A stretch of DNA of 64,000 nt from an uncultured delta proteobacterium. Lineage in GTDB: Bacteria > Myxococcota_A > Polyangia > Palsa-1104. A model generated the notes under the pieces. That model worked only from the letters and a program-made list of their open reading frames with translations, was not told the origin of the DNA and did no database searches. The stretch's first letter is position 1. Each line of letters opens with the position of its first letter. Position numbers and translations under genes: made by a program. Where the stretch lies: assembly GCA_963785725.1 (NCBI GenBank), contig CAWAWS010000006.1, forward strand, positions 120,128-184,127. Direction: 5' to 3'. Positions 38,799 through 51,445 of the stretch are shown in pieces.

Positions 38799-41171
38799 GT
38801 GTATACTCCGCCCCGCGTGGCGCATTTGGAATCGTTGGTGATTCTCGACGCTGCCGGACGCAGCGGCGCGGCCTTGGCCTTCGGATTCGAGCGTGCGGGA
38901 TACCATGTCTACGCGACGCGCGAGCCCGATGATGCATTGGCGATGGCGCAGACGCGCGTGCCGCAGCTGGTGGTCGTTGCCGTCGACGGTGGCGAGTCGC
39001 TGTCGTTCGTCGGTCGCGTGCGTGAAGAGGCGCCGACACGCGAGCTGCCGGTCGTGGGCGTGGGCGAGCGCGACCGGCGCGAAGAGGCCTTGCGCGCCGG
39101 CGTCGACGATTTCGTCACCCGACCCGCGTTCATCCGCGATGTGCTGACGTTGTCGCGGCTGGCGGTCGCCGTGCGCCAAGACGGCGATGACGGCGGCGTC
39201 GTCGGTCTGCTCGAAGACTACGGCCTCTACTTTTTGGTGCGCGCGCTCGCCGTCGCCGGCCGTTCGGGCGTGCTCGAGCTCGAGCGCGGGCGGCGCAGCG
39301 GCGAGGTGCGCTTCGCCCACGGCGCGGTCGTCGGCGCGCGCGTCGGCAAGATGAGCGGCGTGCAGGCCTTCAACCATCTGCTGTTGTGGGGCGAGGCGTC
39401 GATGTCGCTGCGCTTCGAGTCGCCGGCAATGGAGCGGCGCATCGCCGTGCCCGTCGACGACCTGTTGGCGGCGGGCGCCGGCTTCGCGCGCGAGTTCGAG
39501 TCGCTGGCCGACCGCGTCGGCGGCGCGCAGGCGCTCTACGCGCACGAGCCGCGCCGCGCCGCCGAGCAGCGCGCGCAAATTCCCGCCGAAGTCATGGCGC
39601 TGCTCAAGCATTACGACGGGCAAAAGCCGCTCATCGACGTCGTCGAGGACTCGCCGTTCAAGGCGTTCGACACGATCAAGATCACCTTTCGTTTGGCCGA
39701 GCTGGGCGCGATCTCGCGGCGTGAGCAGCGTGACTCGACGCCGCTGTCGGCGCAGCTGGCGGTGCGCGATTGGCTGCTCGGCGGCGCGACCGCCACCGAC
39801 GATCGCGAGCGGACGGCCGCGACGGCGCGCGGCGTGACCGAAGCGGGGCGGCTGGCGGCCGAAGTCTACGCCGAGGAGGCCGCGGCGCACGCCGACGAGC
39901 CGTCGCCGGCCGATGGGCTGCTCGACGATCGCGTCGTGGTGCGACCGCTCGAGCAGGCGACACCGGCGAAAGCGCCGACGACCCAGCCCGAGCGGCCGAC
40001 GGCGAAGTTGGCGCCGGTGACGACTGCGCCGGTGAAGCGGTCGCCGAGCGCGCTGCTCGACGACGCGCTGTCGGCGCGCGATGCGGCGCGCCGGAACGCG
40101 CCGGCGACGAACGGCGGAGCGAGCGCGCCGGCGCCGTCCGCGCAAGCGACGAAGCCGACGCCGGCCGCGTCGACGTCGGCACAAGACGCCGCGCCTGCAA
40201 TCGCAAAACCGATGGCAACGCCCGCGGCTGCGAGCCCGACGGCGAAAGCGGCCGCGCCCGCAGCAGCTGCGCCGGCGGCGACGAGCCCGACGGCGAAAAC
40301 GGCCGCGCCCGCAGCAGCTGCGCCGGCTGCGACGAGCCCGACGGCGAAAGCGGCCACGCCTGTAGCAGCTGCGCCCGTCGCAAGCACGTCGGCGACGGGG
40401 AAAACAGCGGCGCCAGCCGCAAGCCCTTCGCCGGCCGCGAAACCGGCCGCGCCCGTCGCAACTACGCCAGCTGCGACGACAAAGCCTGTCGAGCCCGCAA
40501 AGCCGGCTGCCGCGCCCGCGCCGACGAATCATGTCGCCGCGCCTGCGAAATCCGCTGCGCCAGCCACACCCGAGCCCACGAAGCACGCCGCGCCCGAACC
40601 GGCGAAGCCGGCTGCGCCCGTCGCCGCGCCCGCGAAACCGGCCGCGACGACCGCGCCTGCACCGACGAAACCGGCGGCGACGCCCGTCGCGGCCGCGCCG
40701 CCGGCGAGACCGGTCGCGCCTGCCGCCGTGCCGACGAAGCCTGCCGCCGCGCCCGTCGCTGCCGCGCCGAAGCCCGTCGCGCCCGCGTCACCGCCCGCCG
40801 AGGTCCTAGCGCGCGCGCTCGCCGAATCCGCGCGCAAACCGCAAGTCGACGCGAAGGCCAAGAAGAACAAACGCAACAAGCACAAGACGCCGACGACGAC
40901 TCCGACGGCCGCCGCGCCTTATCACGCGCCGCCGCCGTCCGCCGGCAAACCGGCCGCCGTGTCAGGCAAGCTGTCGCAGCAGTCGACCGCGCAAGCGCAC
41001 ACCAAAGAGCCGGTGTTCGACGAGCTGGAAGAGGACTTCTTCGCGCGCGAAGCCGAGCATCTCCAGCATCCACCGACGGTCGAAGACTTCTCCGACCTCG
41101 AGCACGACGCGCGCCGCAAGCTGTCGCCCAAGCGCAACTGGTTCGGCCTCCGCGACGATAAGAAGAAGTAG
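38799..41171 (+). CDS. receiver-like / PATAN (DUF4388) domain protein with long Ala/Pro/Lys-rich tail
   Basis: 790-aa ORF. The start is uncertain between GTG 38799 and GTG 38817. It has a REC-like N-terminus (LVILDAAG...VVVAVDGGES...DDFVTRP) and a DUF4388-like segment (GLLEDYGLYFLVRALAVAGRSGVLELERG...VRFAHGAVVGA). About 400 aa of PAxKPAA-type low complexity follow, then an acidic conserved C-terminus. Confidence 0.8.
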   Translation: MYTPPRVAHLESLVILDAAGRSGAALAFGFERAGYHVYATREPDDALAMAQTRVPQLVVVAVDGGESLSFVGRVREEAPTRELPVVGVGERDRREEALRAGVDDFVTRPAFIRDVLTLSRLAVAVRQDGDDGGVVGLLEDYGLYFLVRALAVAGRSGVLELERGRRSGEVRFAHGAVVGARVGKMSGVQAFNHLLLWGEASMSLRFESPAMERRIAVPVDDLLAAGAGFAREFESLADRVGGAQALYAHEPRRAAEQRAQIPAEVMALLKHYDGQKPLIDVVEDSPFKAFDTIKITFRLAELGAISRREQRDSTPLSAQLAVRDWLLGGATATDDRERTAATARGVTEAGRLAAEVYAEEAAAHADEPSPADGLLDDRVVVRPLEQATPAKAPTTQPERPTAKLAPVTTAPVKRSPSALLDDALSARDAARRNAPATNGGASAPAPSAQATKPTPAASTSAQDAAPAIAKPMATPAAASPTAKAAAPAAAAPAATSPTAKTAAPAAAAPAATSPTAKAATPVAAAPVASTSATGKTAAPAASPSPAAKPAAPVATTPAATTKPVEPAKPAAAPAPTNHVAAPAKSAAPATPEPTKHAAPEPAKPAAPVAAPAKPAATTAPAPTKPAATPVAAAPPARPVAPAAVPTKPAAAPVAAAPKPVAPASPPAEVLARALAESARKPQVDAKAKKNKRNKHKTPTTTPTAAAPYHAPPPSAGKPAAVSGKLSQQSTAQAHTKEPVFDELEEDFFAREAEHLQHPPTVEDFSDLEHDARRKLSPKRNWFGLRDDKKK
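40232..40384 (+). repeat. 3 x 51-nt in-frame tandem repeat in the REC-PATAN gene
   Basis: Units at 40232-40282, 40283-40333 and 40334-40384 (gagcccgacggcgaaagcggccgcgcccgcagcagctgcgccggcggcgac and variants) encode SPTAKxAAPAAAAPAAT repeats. Confidence 0.85.
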
Positions 41172-41182
41172 CGCCGCGGAGC

Positions 41183-41827
41183 TTAGGGCGTTGAAGGCAG
41201 CAGCTGCCAGACGAGATCGATCGCGCCTTGCGGACCGGCCAGCCGCAGCGTCAGCGACTTCGTGTCACTGCCGACCAACGGCGTTCCGTCGGCGCGGGCG
41301 CGCGGAAAACGAATGCGCCAGCCGCGCGAGAAGATGTCGGCGTAGGGATAAAACTCGGTCTCCAAGCGGCGCCGCTCGCGCACCGTCGAGATCTCGGTCG
41401 GCGTCACTTCGTGCGCCTGATCGTCGACGAGCGTCACGCGCCACACCGACTTGGTCCCCGTCAGATCGTTGAGCACGTAGTCGTGCGTCGCGCTCTCGAC
41501 GTGGAATTCGTAGGTGTCGGCGCCATCGGACAGCAGATCGCCGCGCACCTTCGGCTGACTCTCGGGCGTGACCTTGTACATCGCGATGTATTTCGCCGCA
41601 TAGGCCGCGCGAAACTCGGGCGAGCGCAGGGTGGCGTCGAGCTGGAGCGCCTGATCGAAGTCGTTCATCAGCTGCCCGTGCCGCGTCCAACGCTTCAGCT
41701 GCTTCTCGTAGTCTTTGCTGTCGGGCTGCACTTTCGGCTCGCCCAACGACACGCGCGGCGGTCCTGCGCAGCCGGCGAGCATCGTTCCGCTCGTCGCCAC
41801 GAGGAGCGCCAGCGCCCACTGCTTCAT
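41183..41827 (-). CDS. lipoprotein, unknown function
   Basis: ORF 41183..41989 trimmed to ATG 41827 (ATGA overlap with the pyrE stop). The lipobox is MKQWALALLVATSGTMLAGC. Confidence 0.7.
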   Translation of the reverse strand: MKQWALALLVATSGTMLAGCAGPPRVSLGEPKVQPDSKDYEKQLKRWTRHGQLMNDFDQALQLDATLRSPEFRAAYAAKYIAMYKVTPESQPKVRGDLLSDGADTYEFHVESATHDYVLNDLTGTKSVWRVTLVDDQAHEVTPTEISTVRERRRLETEFYPYADIFSRGWRIRFPRARADGTPLVGSDTKSLTLRLAGPQGAIDLVWQLLPSTP

Positions 41828-42375
41828 CGAAAGTCGCTCTTCTTGTACAGCGCCGTGAGCGGCACTTCTTTCTCGACGGCTTCCTTGCCGCCCTCTTCGC
41901 GATCGACGAGCGTGAACACGCGCTTGACGTCGAGCCCGTGAATACGCGCGCGCTCGATCGCCTTCAACGTCGAGCCGCCGGTCGTGCACACGTCCTCGAC
42001 GATCGCCACGGGCGTGCCCGGCTTCACCGTCTTGTCACCTTCGAGCCACTTCTGCGTGCCGTGCCCTTTGGGCTCTTTGCGCACGTAAAACGCCTCGATG
42101 GGCCGATTGCGCGTCCACGACACCGTCGCCACCGCCGACGCGATCGGGTCGGCGCCCATCGTCAACCCACCGACGGCGCGCACGCCCGGCTCCAAGTTCT
42201 CGAGCAGCTCGTTGATGATCGTGCCGACGAGGAAGTGGCCCTCCGCCGTCAGCACGGCCTGCTTGCAGTCGATGTAAAAGTTCGACGGCTTGCCCGACGC
42301 GAGAATGACCTCGCGCTCTTCGTAGGCCAGCGTCTTCAAGATTTCCAGCAGTCGATTGCGCGGGTTCTGGCTCAT
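41824..42375 (-). CDS. pyrE: orotate phosphoribosyltransferase
   Basis: 183-aa ORF with the PRPP-binding motif VAIVEDVCTTGGS and conserved FYIDCK and FYVRKEPKGHG segments. Confidence 0.95.
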   Translation of the reverse strand: MSQNPRNRLLEILKTLAYEEREVILASGKPSNFYIDCKQAVLTAEGHFLVGTIINELLENLEPGVRAVGGLTMGADPIASAVATVSWTRNRPIEAFYVRKEPKGHGTQKWLEGDKTVKPGTPVAIVEDVCTTGGSTLKAIERARIHGLDVKRVFTLVDREEGGKEAVEKEVPLTALYKKSDFR

Positions 42376-43097
42376 GAGCTCTTCCGAATCAGGGCCTTGC
42401 GTCCGGGCGAAGCCAGCGACGGGATCTCCCGCGTCGCCACGCTCGCCGGCGCGGCCGTTTGCGCGTGGGTTTGCTGCGGTTGCACTGGTTTCGCCGCCAT
42501 CGGCGCGACCTCGCGGCGCGGCGGCGGCGCCGATCGCGGCGGCTCGCCACCGCGCGCGCTGCGGCTGTACTCGGTCGGCGCGCTCGGGATCGCGTGCGGC
42601 GCGGCTTTGGGCGCGCTCGCCATCGGCTGTTGCGCCGGCTTGGCGGCCTCGATAGGCGCGGGCGCGTGCGACGCTTTGGCGACGACGGGCGCCGCCGCTT
42701 TGACGGCGGGCGCGACCGCAGCCGCAGCCGGCGCCGCCGTCGAAACCGGTGCGGCCGTAGCGGTTGGCGTCGTCGCGGCCGTCGGCTTCCGCATCATGCG
42801 GATGCTGCCTTCGAAGACCGCGCCTTCGTCGATGGCGATGCGCGGCGCCTCGATGTCGCCGGTGACGCGCGCCGTCGCCGTCAGCCGCACGACGGCGCTG
42901 GCGATGACCGAGTGCTCCAATTCGCCGGCGACGATGACGTCGCGGCCGCGCACTTCACCGCCGATCTTGGCGCCGGCGGCGATGGTCACGAGCGCCTCGC
43001 CGTGCACCGGCCCGTCGACGGTTCCGTGGATTTCGAGGTCGTCCTTGCCGCTCAGCGCCCCGGCAATGCGGGTTCCGGGGGCGATCACCGTTTTCAT
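42372..43097 (-). CDS. bactofilin-family cytoskeletal protein with Ala/Pro-rich tail
   Basis: ORF 42372..43241 trimmed to ATG 43097 (MKTVIAPGTRIAGALSGKDDLEIHGTVDGPVHGE...VTGDIEAPRIAIDEGAVFEGSI), which is the bactofilin beta-helix repeat pattern. An ATGA overlap joins it to pyrE. Confidence 0.85.
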   Translation of the reverse strand: MKTVIAPGTRIAGALSGKDDLEIHGTVDGPVHGEALVTIAAGAKIGGEVRGRDVIVAGELEHSVIASAVVRLTATARVTGDIEAPRIAIDEGAVFEGSIRMMRKPTAATTPTATAAPVSTAAPAAAAVAPAVKAAAPVVAKASHAPAPIEAAKPAQQPMASAPKAAPHAIPSAPTEYSRSARGGEPPRSAPPPRREVAPMAAKPVQPQQTHAQTAAPASVATREIPSLASPGRKALIRKSS

Positions 43098-43125
43098 GTG
43101 AGCGACGACGCTACCATACCGAACG

Positions 43126-43154
43126 TTGACCTGCCACCAAGCGAACCCTACAGT
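43126..43154 (+). promoter_or_regulatory. sigma70-type promoter candidate for gshA
   Basis: TTGACC-N17-TACAGT ends 13 nt upstream of ATG 43168. Confidence 0.4.
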
Positions 43155-43167
43155 CATCGAACGATTG

Positions 43168-44511
43168 ATGGCGGCCCATAAAGAAGAGAGACCAATCGCG
43201 GATATCGCGGAGCTGGTCGCGCATTTCGAAGGCGGCGCCAAGCCGACCTCGGCGCTGAAGATCGGCGTCGAACACGAGAAGGTGGGTGTGCTCAGCGACG
43301 GGCGCGCCCCCGATTACGAGACGATCGCCAAGCTGCTCGAGGCGATGGCCTCGCGCGGCTGGAATCGTGTCGAGGAAGCCGGGCGCCTCATCGCCCTCGA
43401 ACGGCCCAAGTGCGGCACGATCACGCTGGAGCCGGGTGGGCAGCTGGAGCATTCGGGCGCGCCCTGGCCGACGGTGACGGCGGCGGTGCGCGACAACGAC
43501 AAGCACATCGACGAGCTCTTGCCGCTGGCGGCGGCCTTGGGCGTGCGCTTCGTCGGCGTCGGCTTTCGCCCGTTCGGGACGCTCGACGACGTGCCGTGGA
43601 TGCCCAAGGGTCGCTATCGCGTCATGCGTCAGTATTTGCCGACGCGCGGCTCGATGGCGCACGAAATGATGAAGCGTACGACCACGGTGCAAGCCAACCT
43701 CGACTACGAGAGCGAGGACGACGCCATGGACAAGCTGCGCGTCGCCATGGGCTTGTCGTCGCTGGTGACGTCGCTGTTCGCGGCCTCGCCGATGGTCGAC
43801 GGGCGCGCCGAGCTGACCGACGGGCGCGCCGCCTGGCAGAGCTATCGCGCGCGCGCCTGGCTCGACACCGACAACGATCGCTGTGGCCTCTTGCCGTTCG
43901 CGTTTTCGGACGCGGCGCGCTTCACCGACTACGTGCAGTGGGCGCTCGATGTGCCGCTCTTTTTCGTCAAGCGCGACGGCGAGTACAAGCCGGCGCCGGG
44001 GGTCACGTTCCGTCGGTTCTTGACGCAAGGTTGGCAAGGCGAGCGCGCATTGCCGAGCGACTGGGAGCTGCATTTGTCGACGCTGTTCCCGGAGACGCGG
44101 CTCAAGACGTTCGTCGAGGTGCGGCAGGCGGACGCGTCGTCGCGCGAGCTGGTGCGCGCGCTGCCGGCGTTATGGCGCGGCGTGCTCTACGACGCGACGG
44201 CGCGCCACGACGCCTGGAAGCTCGTCGCCGATTGGTCGCTCGACGAGCGGCTGCGCGTCTACAAAGCGACGCCGCGGCAAGGCATTCACGGCACGGCGCA
44301 TGGTCGGCCGATGCAAGCGTGGTGTCGCGAGCTGGTATCGATCGCGCGTGATGGCCTGTCGCGTCTCGATGCCAGCGAAGAGATGGCGTTGCTCGCGCCG
44401 CTCGACAAGATCGCCGAGGAGGGCCGCAGCTTGGCCGACGGCGTCGCCGCCGAGTATCAGCGCGTCGGCGGCGACATCGGCCGCATGATCGACTTCCTGC
44501 AGCTCCGTTAA
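43168..44511 (+). CDS. gshA: glutamate-cysteine ligase (plant/proteobacterial GCS2 type)
   Basis: ORF 43126..44511 trimmed to ATG 43168. The segments KIGVEHEKVGV, TLEPGGQLEHSGAP, PKGRYRVMRQYLP and TTTVQANLDY are typical of family-2 glutamate-cysteine ligases. Confidence 0.88.
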   Translation: MAAHKEERPIADIAELVAHFEGGAKPTSALKIGVEHEKVGVLSDGRAPDYETIAKLLEAMASRGWNRVEEAGRLIALERPKCGTITLEPGGQLEHSGAPWPTVTAAVRDNDKHIDELLPLAAALGVRFVGVGFRPFGTLDDVPWMPKGRYRVMRQYLPTRGSMAHEMMKRTTTVQANLDYESEDDAMDKLRVAMGLSSLVTSLFAASPMVDGRAELTDGRAAWQSYRARAWLDTDNDRCGLLPFAFSDAARFTDYVQWALDVPLFFVKRDGEYKPAPGVTFRRFLTQGWQGERALPSDWELHLSTLFPETRLKTFVEVRQADASSRELVRALPALWRGVLYDATARHDAWKLVADWSLDERLRVYKATPRQGIHGTAHGRPMQAWCRELVSIARDGLSRLDASEEMALLAPLDKIAEEGRSLADGVAAEYQRVGGDIGRMIDFLQLR

Positions 44512-44548
44512 CCTTACGATTCCCGACTACTATCGAAGGCTTACTAAA

Positions 44549-45802
44549 TTAGCGCGGCGGCGTGCCGTTGCGGTTGCGCCAGCGCGTCAGGATCGCCTCC
44601 AGCTGCGTCATCGCTTCGGCGAAGGTCGGCGTCGGCGGCTTGGGCGGCTTCAGCAGCAGGCGCTCGAGCTCGGCCGTCGCTTCGGCGATGCGCGGCCGGC
44701 GCCGCTTGAGCGCGCGCTGCAGCCGCTCCTCGGTCAAGCCCCACGCGGCGGCCAGCTCGTCGAGATCGTCGCGCGTGCGGCGAAAGCGCGACGACGTCGA
44801 CGCCGTGAGCGCGATCTCGCGCGTCGTCTCGTACGGCGCGCGCCCGCCGCGCTCTTCGATGGCGATGGGTCGCGTCTCGCCGCGCCGCTCGGGTATGGGC
44901 GCGGTCGCCGTCGCCGCGGCCGGCGTCTCCGGCGGAATCGGCGGCGGCATGCGCGACGCCGACCGCGCGTGCGCGCTCTCGCGCGTCGGCAGCTGTCCGA
45001 CGAGCGAGCCTTCGCGCGACGGCAGCTCGCCGTTGGCGCGCGGAAGCGGCGGCGGAATCGGCGGCGGCGCCATCTGCCGCGCGAACAGCGGCGACTCGCG
45101 CCCGGCCACCGTCTCTTCGTTCGCGTCTGCCAACAGCTGCGGCACCTGCACGCGCTCGGTCGACTCGGCGCCCGCGATCGCCTCCGGCACGCCCACGCGC
45201 GCCGTCGGATCTTCCAAAGGCGCCGGCTTCACCGGCTCGTCGCTGCCACCGGCGCGCGCGAGCATCTCCGGCAGATCGACGCGCGCCGTGTCCGAGGCTT
45301 CGTCGGGCGGCAGCTCGCGCTGCGGCGTCCGCGCGAGCAGCTCGGGCACGTTGACGCGCGCCGTGCGCTCGGGATCGTTGGCTTGCCCGTCGAGCGGCGG
45401 CGATTCGCTCGTGCGATCGTAGTCGTCGCGCGTGTTGATCATGTGCGCCGACGACACCGGCTGCTGCGGCAGGTTCACGTTCGGCGACGTCCCGTGATCG
45501 GCCCGCCAGCGCAGCGCCCGATCGACGACCGACTGCGAATCGGCGTCGAGGCGCATGAACTTGACGCCCATGCCGTGCGGCTTGCCCGGCGTCGTCGGAT
45601 CGTAGTCCTTCGTCCACTGCACCTGACCTTCGCCGCGAATGATCGAGGTGCCGCTCTCGTCGGAGAGCACGAACTCGAAGCGCACGTAGGTGCCGATTGG
45701 CTTGGGCGACTTGGTGGCGATGAAGATGCCGCCGCGCGAGATGTTCACCGCGTACTTCTGGATGAACGTGTCGATGTCGGGGTACTTGAGCTTGATGCGC
45801 AT
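44549..45802 (-). CDS. PilZ-like (TIGR02266-type) domain protein with repeat-containing linker
   Basis: ORF 44549..45847 trimmed to ATG 45802. The N-terminus, MRIKLKYPDIDTFIQKYAVNISRGGIFIATKSPKPIGTYVRFEFVL...GMGVKFMRLD, matches the myxobacterial TIGR02266/PilZ fold. Four ARVxVPELLA-type repeats follow. Confidence 0.8.
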   Translation of the reverse strand: MRIKLKYPDIDTFIQKYAVNISRGGIFIATKSPKPIGTYVRFEFVLSDESGTSIIRGEGQVQWTKDYDPTTPGKPHGMGVKFMRLDADSQSVVDRALRWRADHGTSPNVNLPQQPVSSAHMINTRDDYDRTSESPPLDGQANDPERTARVNVPELLARTPQRELPPDEASDTARVDLPEMLARAGGSDEPVKPAPLEDPTARVGVPEAIAGAESTERVQVPQLLADANEETVAGRESPLFARQMAPPPIPPPLPRANGELPSREGSLVGQLPTRESAHARSASRMPPPIPPETPAAATATAPIPERRGETRPIAIEERGGRAPYETTREIALTASTSSRFRRTRDDLDELAAAWGLTEERLQRALKRRRPRIAEATAELERLLLKPPKPPTPTFAEAMTQLEAILTRWRNRNGTPPR

Positions 45803-46086
45803 CGACGCCGTTTGGCGATCGCCGACGCGACTATCCTGACCTGCCACGTGGCCACTATATCATCAGCGGCAACGGCGCCAGCAGCACAGTTTGCGGCGTG
45901 CCCGCGTCACGAAGTTGGCGTTTTGCGCGGCGAAGCGGGGGAGCGAATGTCGTGCGAAATGCGTACGACGACGTTGCGCTGGCTGTCCGGCTCGAATCCG
46001 GGTGCGGCTTGGTCGGGCTGCTCGCCGGCGCGAGTCGGGTCGCCCGCGTGCCGCCGGCCGCGTCATGTGTGTTCGTGCGTCGGCGA

Positions 46087-50212
<4,126 letters not shown>

Positions 50213-50232
50213 CGTGGCTCTATCTCTAGTCG

Positions 50233-51405
50233 CTATCGTCTGCGGTCGAGCTCGAGTGGAATGTCGGTCGCGTCGCGCGTCGGCGCCTCTTGGCGTTGCG
50301 CCCCCGCTTGGTTGATCTGCTGATCGCCTTTGGACACGCCGCGGAACTGTAGCGCAAAATCGTCCGGCGTCGTCGAAGTGCTGAGCGCCGTTTCGTAGGT
50401 AATCAATTGACGCATCACCAAATCCGCGAGGCTCTGGTCGAACGTCATCATTCCGTAAGGATTGCGGCCGTTGGCGATGGCGTCGCGGATCTCGCGCGTG
50501 CGCTTGGGATCCTCGAGCAGCTCGCGCACGCGGCCGGTCATGACCAGGATCTCGACCGCCGGCACCATGCCCTTGCCGTCGGCGCGCGGCACCAAGCGCT
50601 GCGAGACGACGCCTTTTAGGACCGCCGCCAACGCCAGGCGAATCTGCGCCTGCTGATGCGGCGGGAACATGCCGATGATGCGGTTCACCGTCTCCACCGC
50701 GTCCAGCGTATGGAGCGTCGACATGACCAAGTGGCCGGTCTCGGACGCGTGCAGCGCCGTCTCGATCGTCTCTTCGTCACGCATTTCGCCGACGAGGATG
50801 ACGTCGGGATCCTGCCGCAACGCCGCGCGCAGCGCCGACGAGAACGACTCGGCATCGAAGCCGATCTCGCGCTGATTGACCACCGAGCGCCGATCGCGAT
50901 GCATGAACTCGATCGGATCTTCGACGGTGATGATGTGGCTCGCGCGCTGCCGATTGATGTGATCGATCATCGCCGCCAGCGTCGTCGACTTGCCCGACCC
51001 GGTGATTCCCGTGACCAGGATGAGCCCGCGCTCTTCCTCGCACATCTTTTGCACGGCCGGCGGCAGGTTCAGCTTGTCGAACCCCGGCACTTCCGGCGGG
51101 ATGATGCGCAAGACCATCCCCGTCTGCCCGCGCTGCTTGAAGACGTTGACGCGATAACGCACGCCATCCGGCGTCCCGTAGCTCAAGTCGGCGTCGTGAT
51201 GGATGTCGAACTGCGCCCGCTGCTTGTCGTTCATGAGGTTGACGGCGAATGTTCCGATGACCTCGGCCGTCAAAGGAGGCGTGTCACGCAGCGTGCGCAG
51301 ATCGCCTTTGATGCGAAAGACCGGTGGCAGCCCCGACTTCAAGTGCACGTCCGACGCACCCAGCTGGCGGGCCGCTCCGAGCACGTGGTCGAGAATCTGG
51401 TTCAT
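50233..51405 (-). CDS. pilT: type IV pilus retraction ATPase PilT
   Basis: ORF 50233..51426; the start is taken at ATG 51405 (MNQILDHVLGAARQLGASDVHL), but 51426 is possible. Walker A is GITGSGKSTT, with the Asp box, Walker B (DPDVILVGEMRD) and His box (TGHLVMSTLHT). Confidence 0.93.
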   Translation of the reverse strand: MNQILDHVLGAARQLGASDVHLKSGLPPVFRIKGDLRTLRDTPPLTAEVIGTFAVNLMNDKQRAQFDIHHDADLSYGTPDGVRYRVNVFKQRGQTGMVLRIIPPEVPGFDKLNLPPAVQKMCEEERGLILVTGITGSGKSTTLAAMIDHINRQRASHIITVEDPIEFMHRDRRSVVNQREIGFDAESFSSALRAALRQDPDVILVGEMRDEETIETALHASETGHLVMSTLHTLDAVETVNRIIGMFPPHQQAQIRLALAAVLKGVVSQRLVPRADGKGMVPAVEILVMTGRVRELLEDPKRTREIRDAIANGRNPYGMMTFDQSLADLVMRQLITYETALSTSTTPDDFALQFRGVSKGDQQINQAGAQRQEAPTRDATDIPLELDRRR

Positions 51406-51445
51406 GGCTCCATCGTAGCGCATCATGCTACGATTTCGCTACTCT

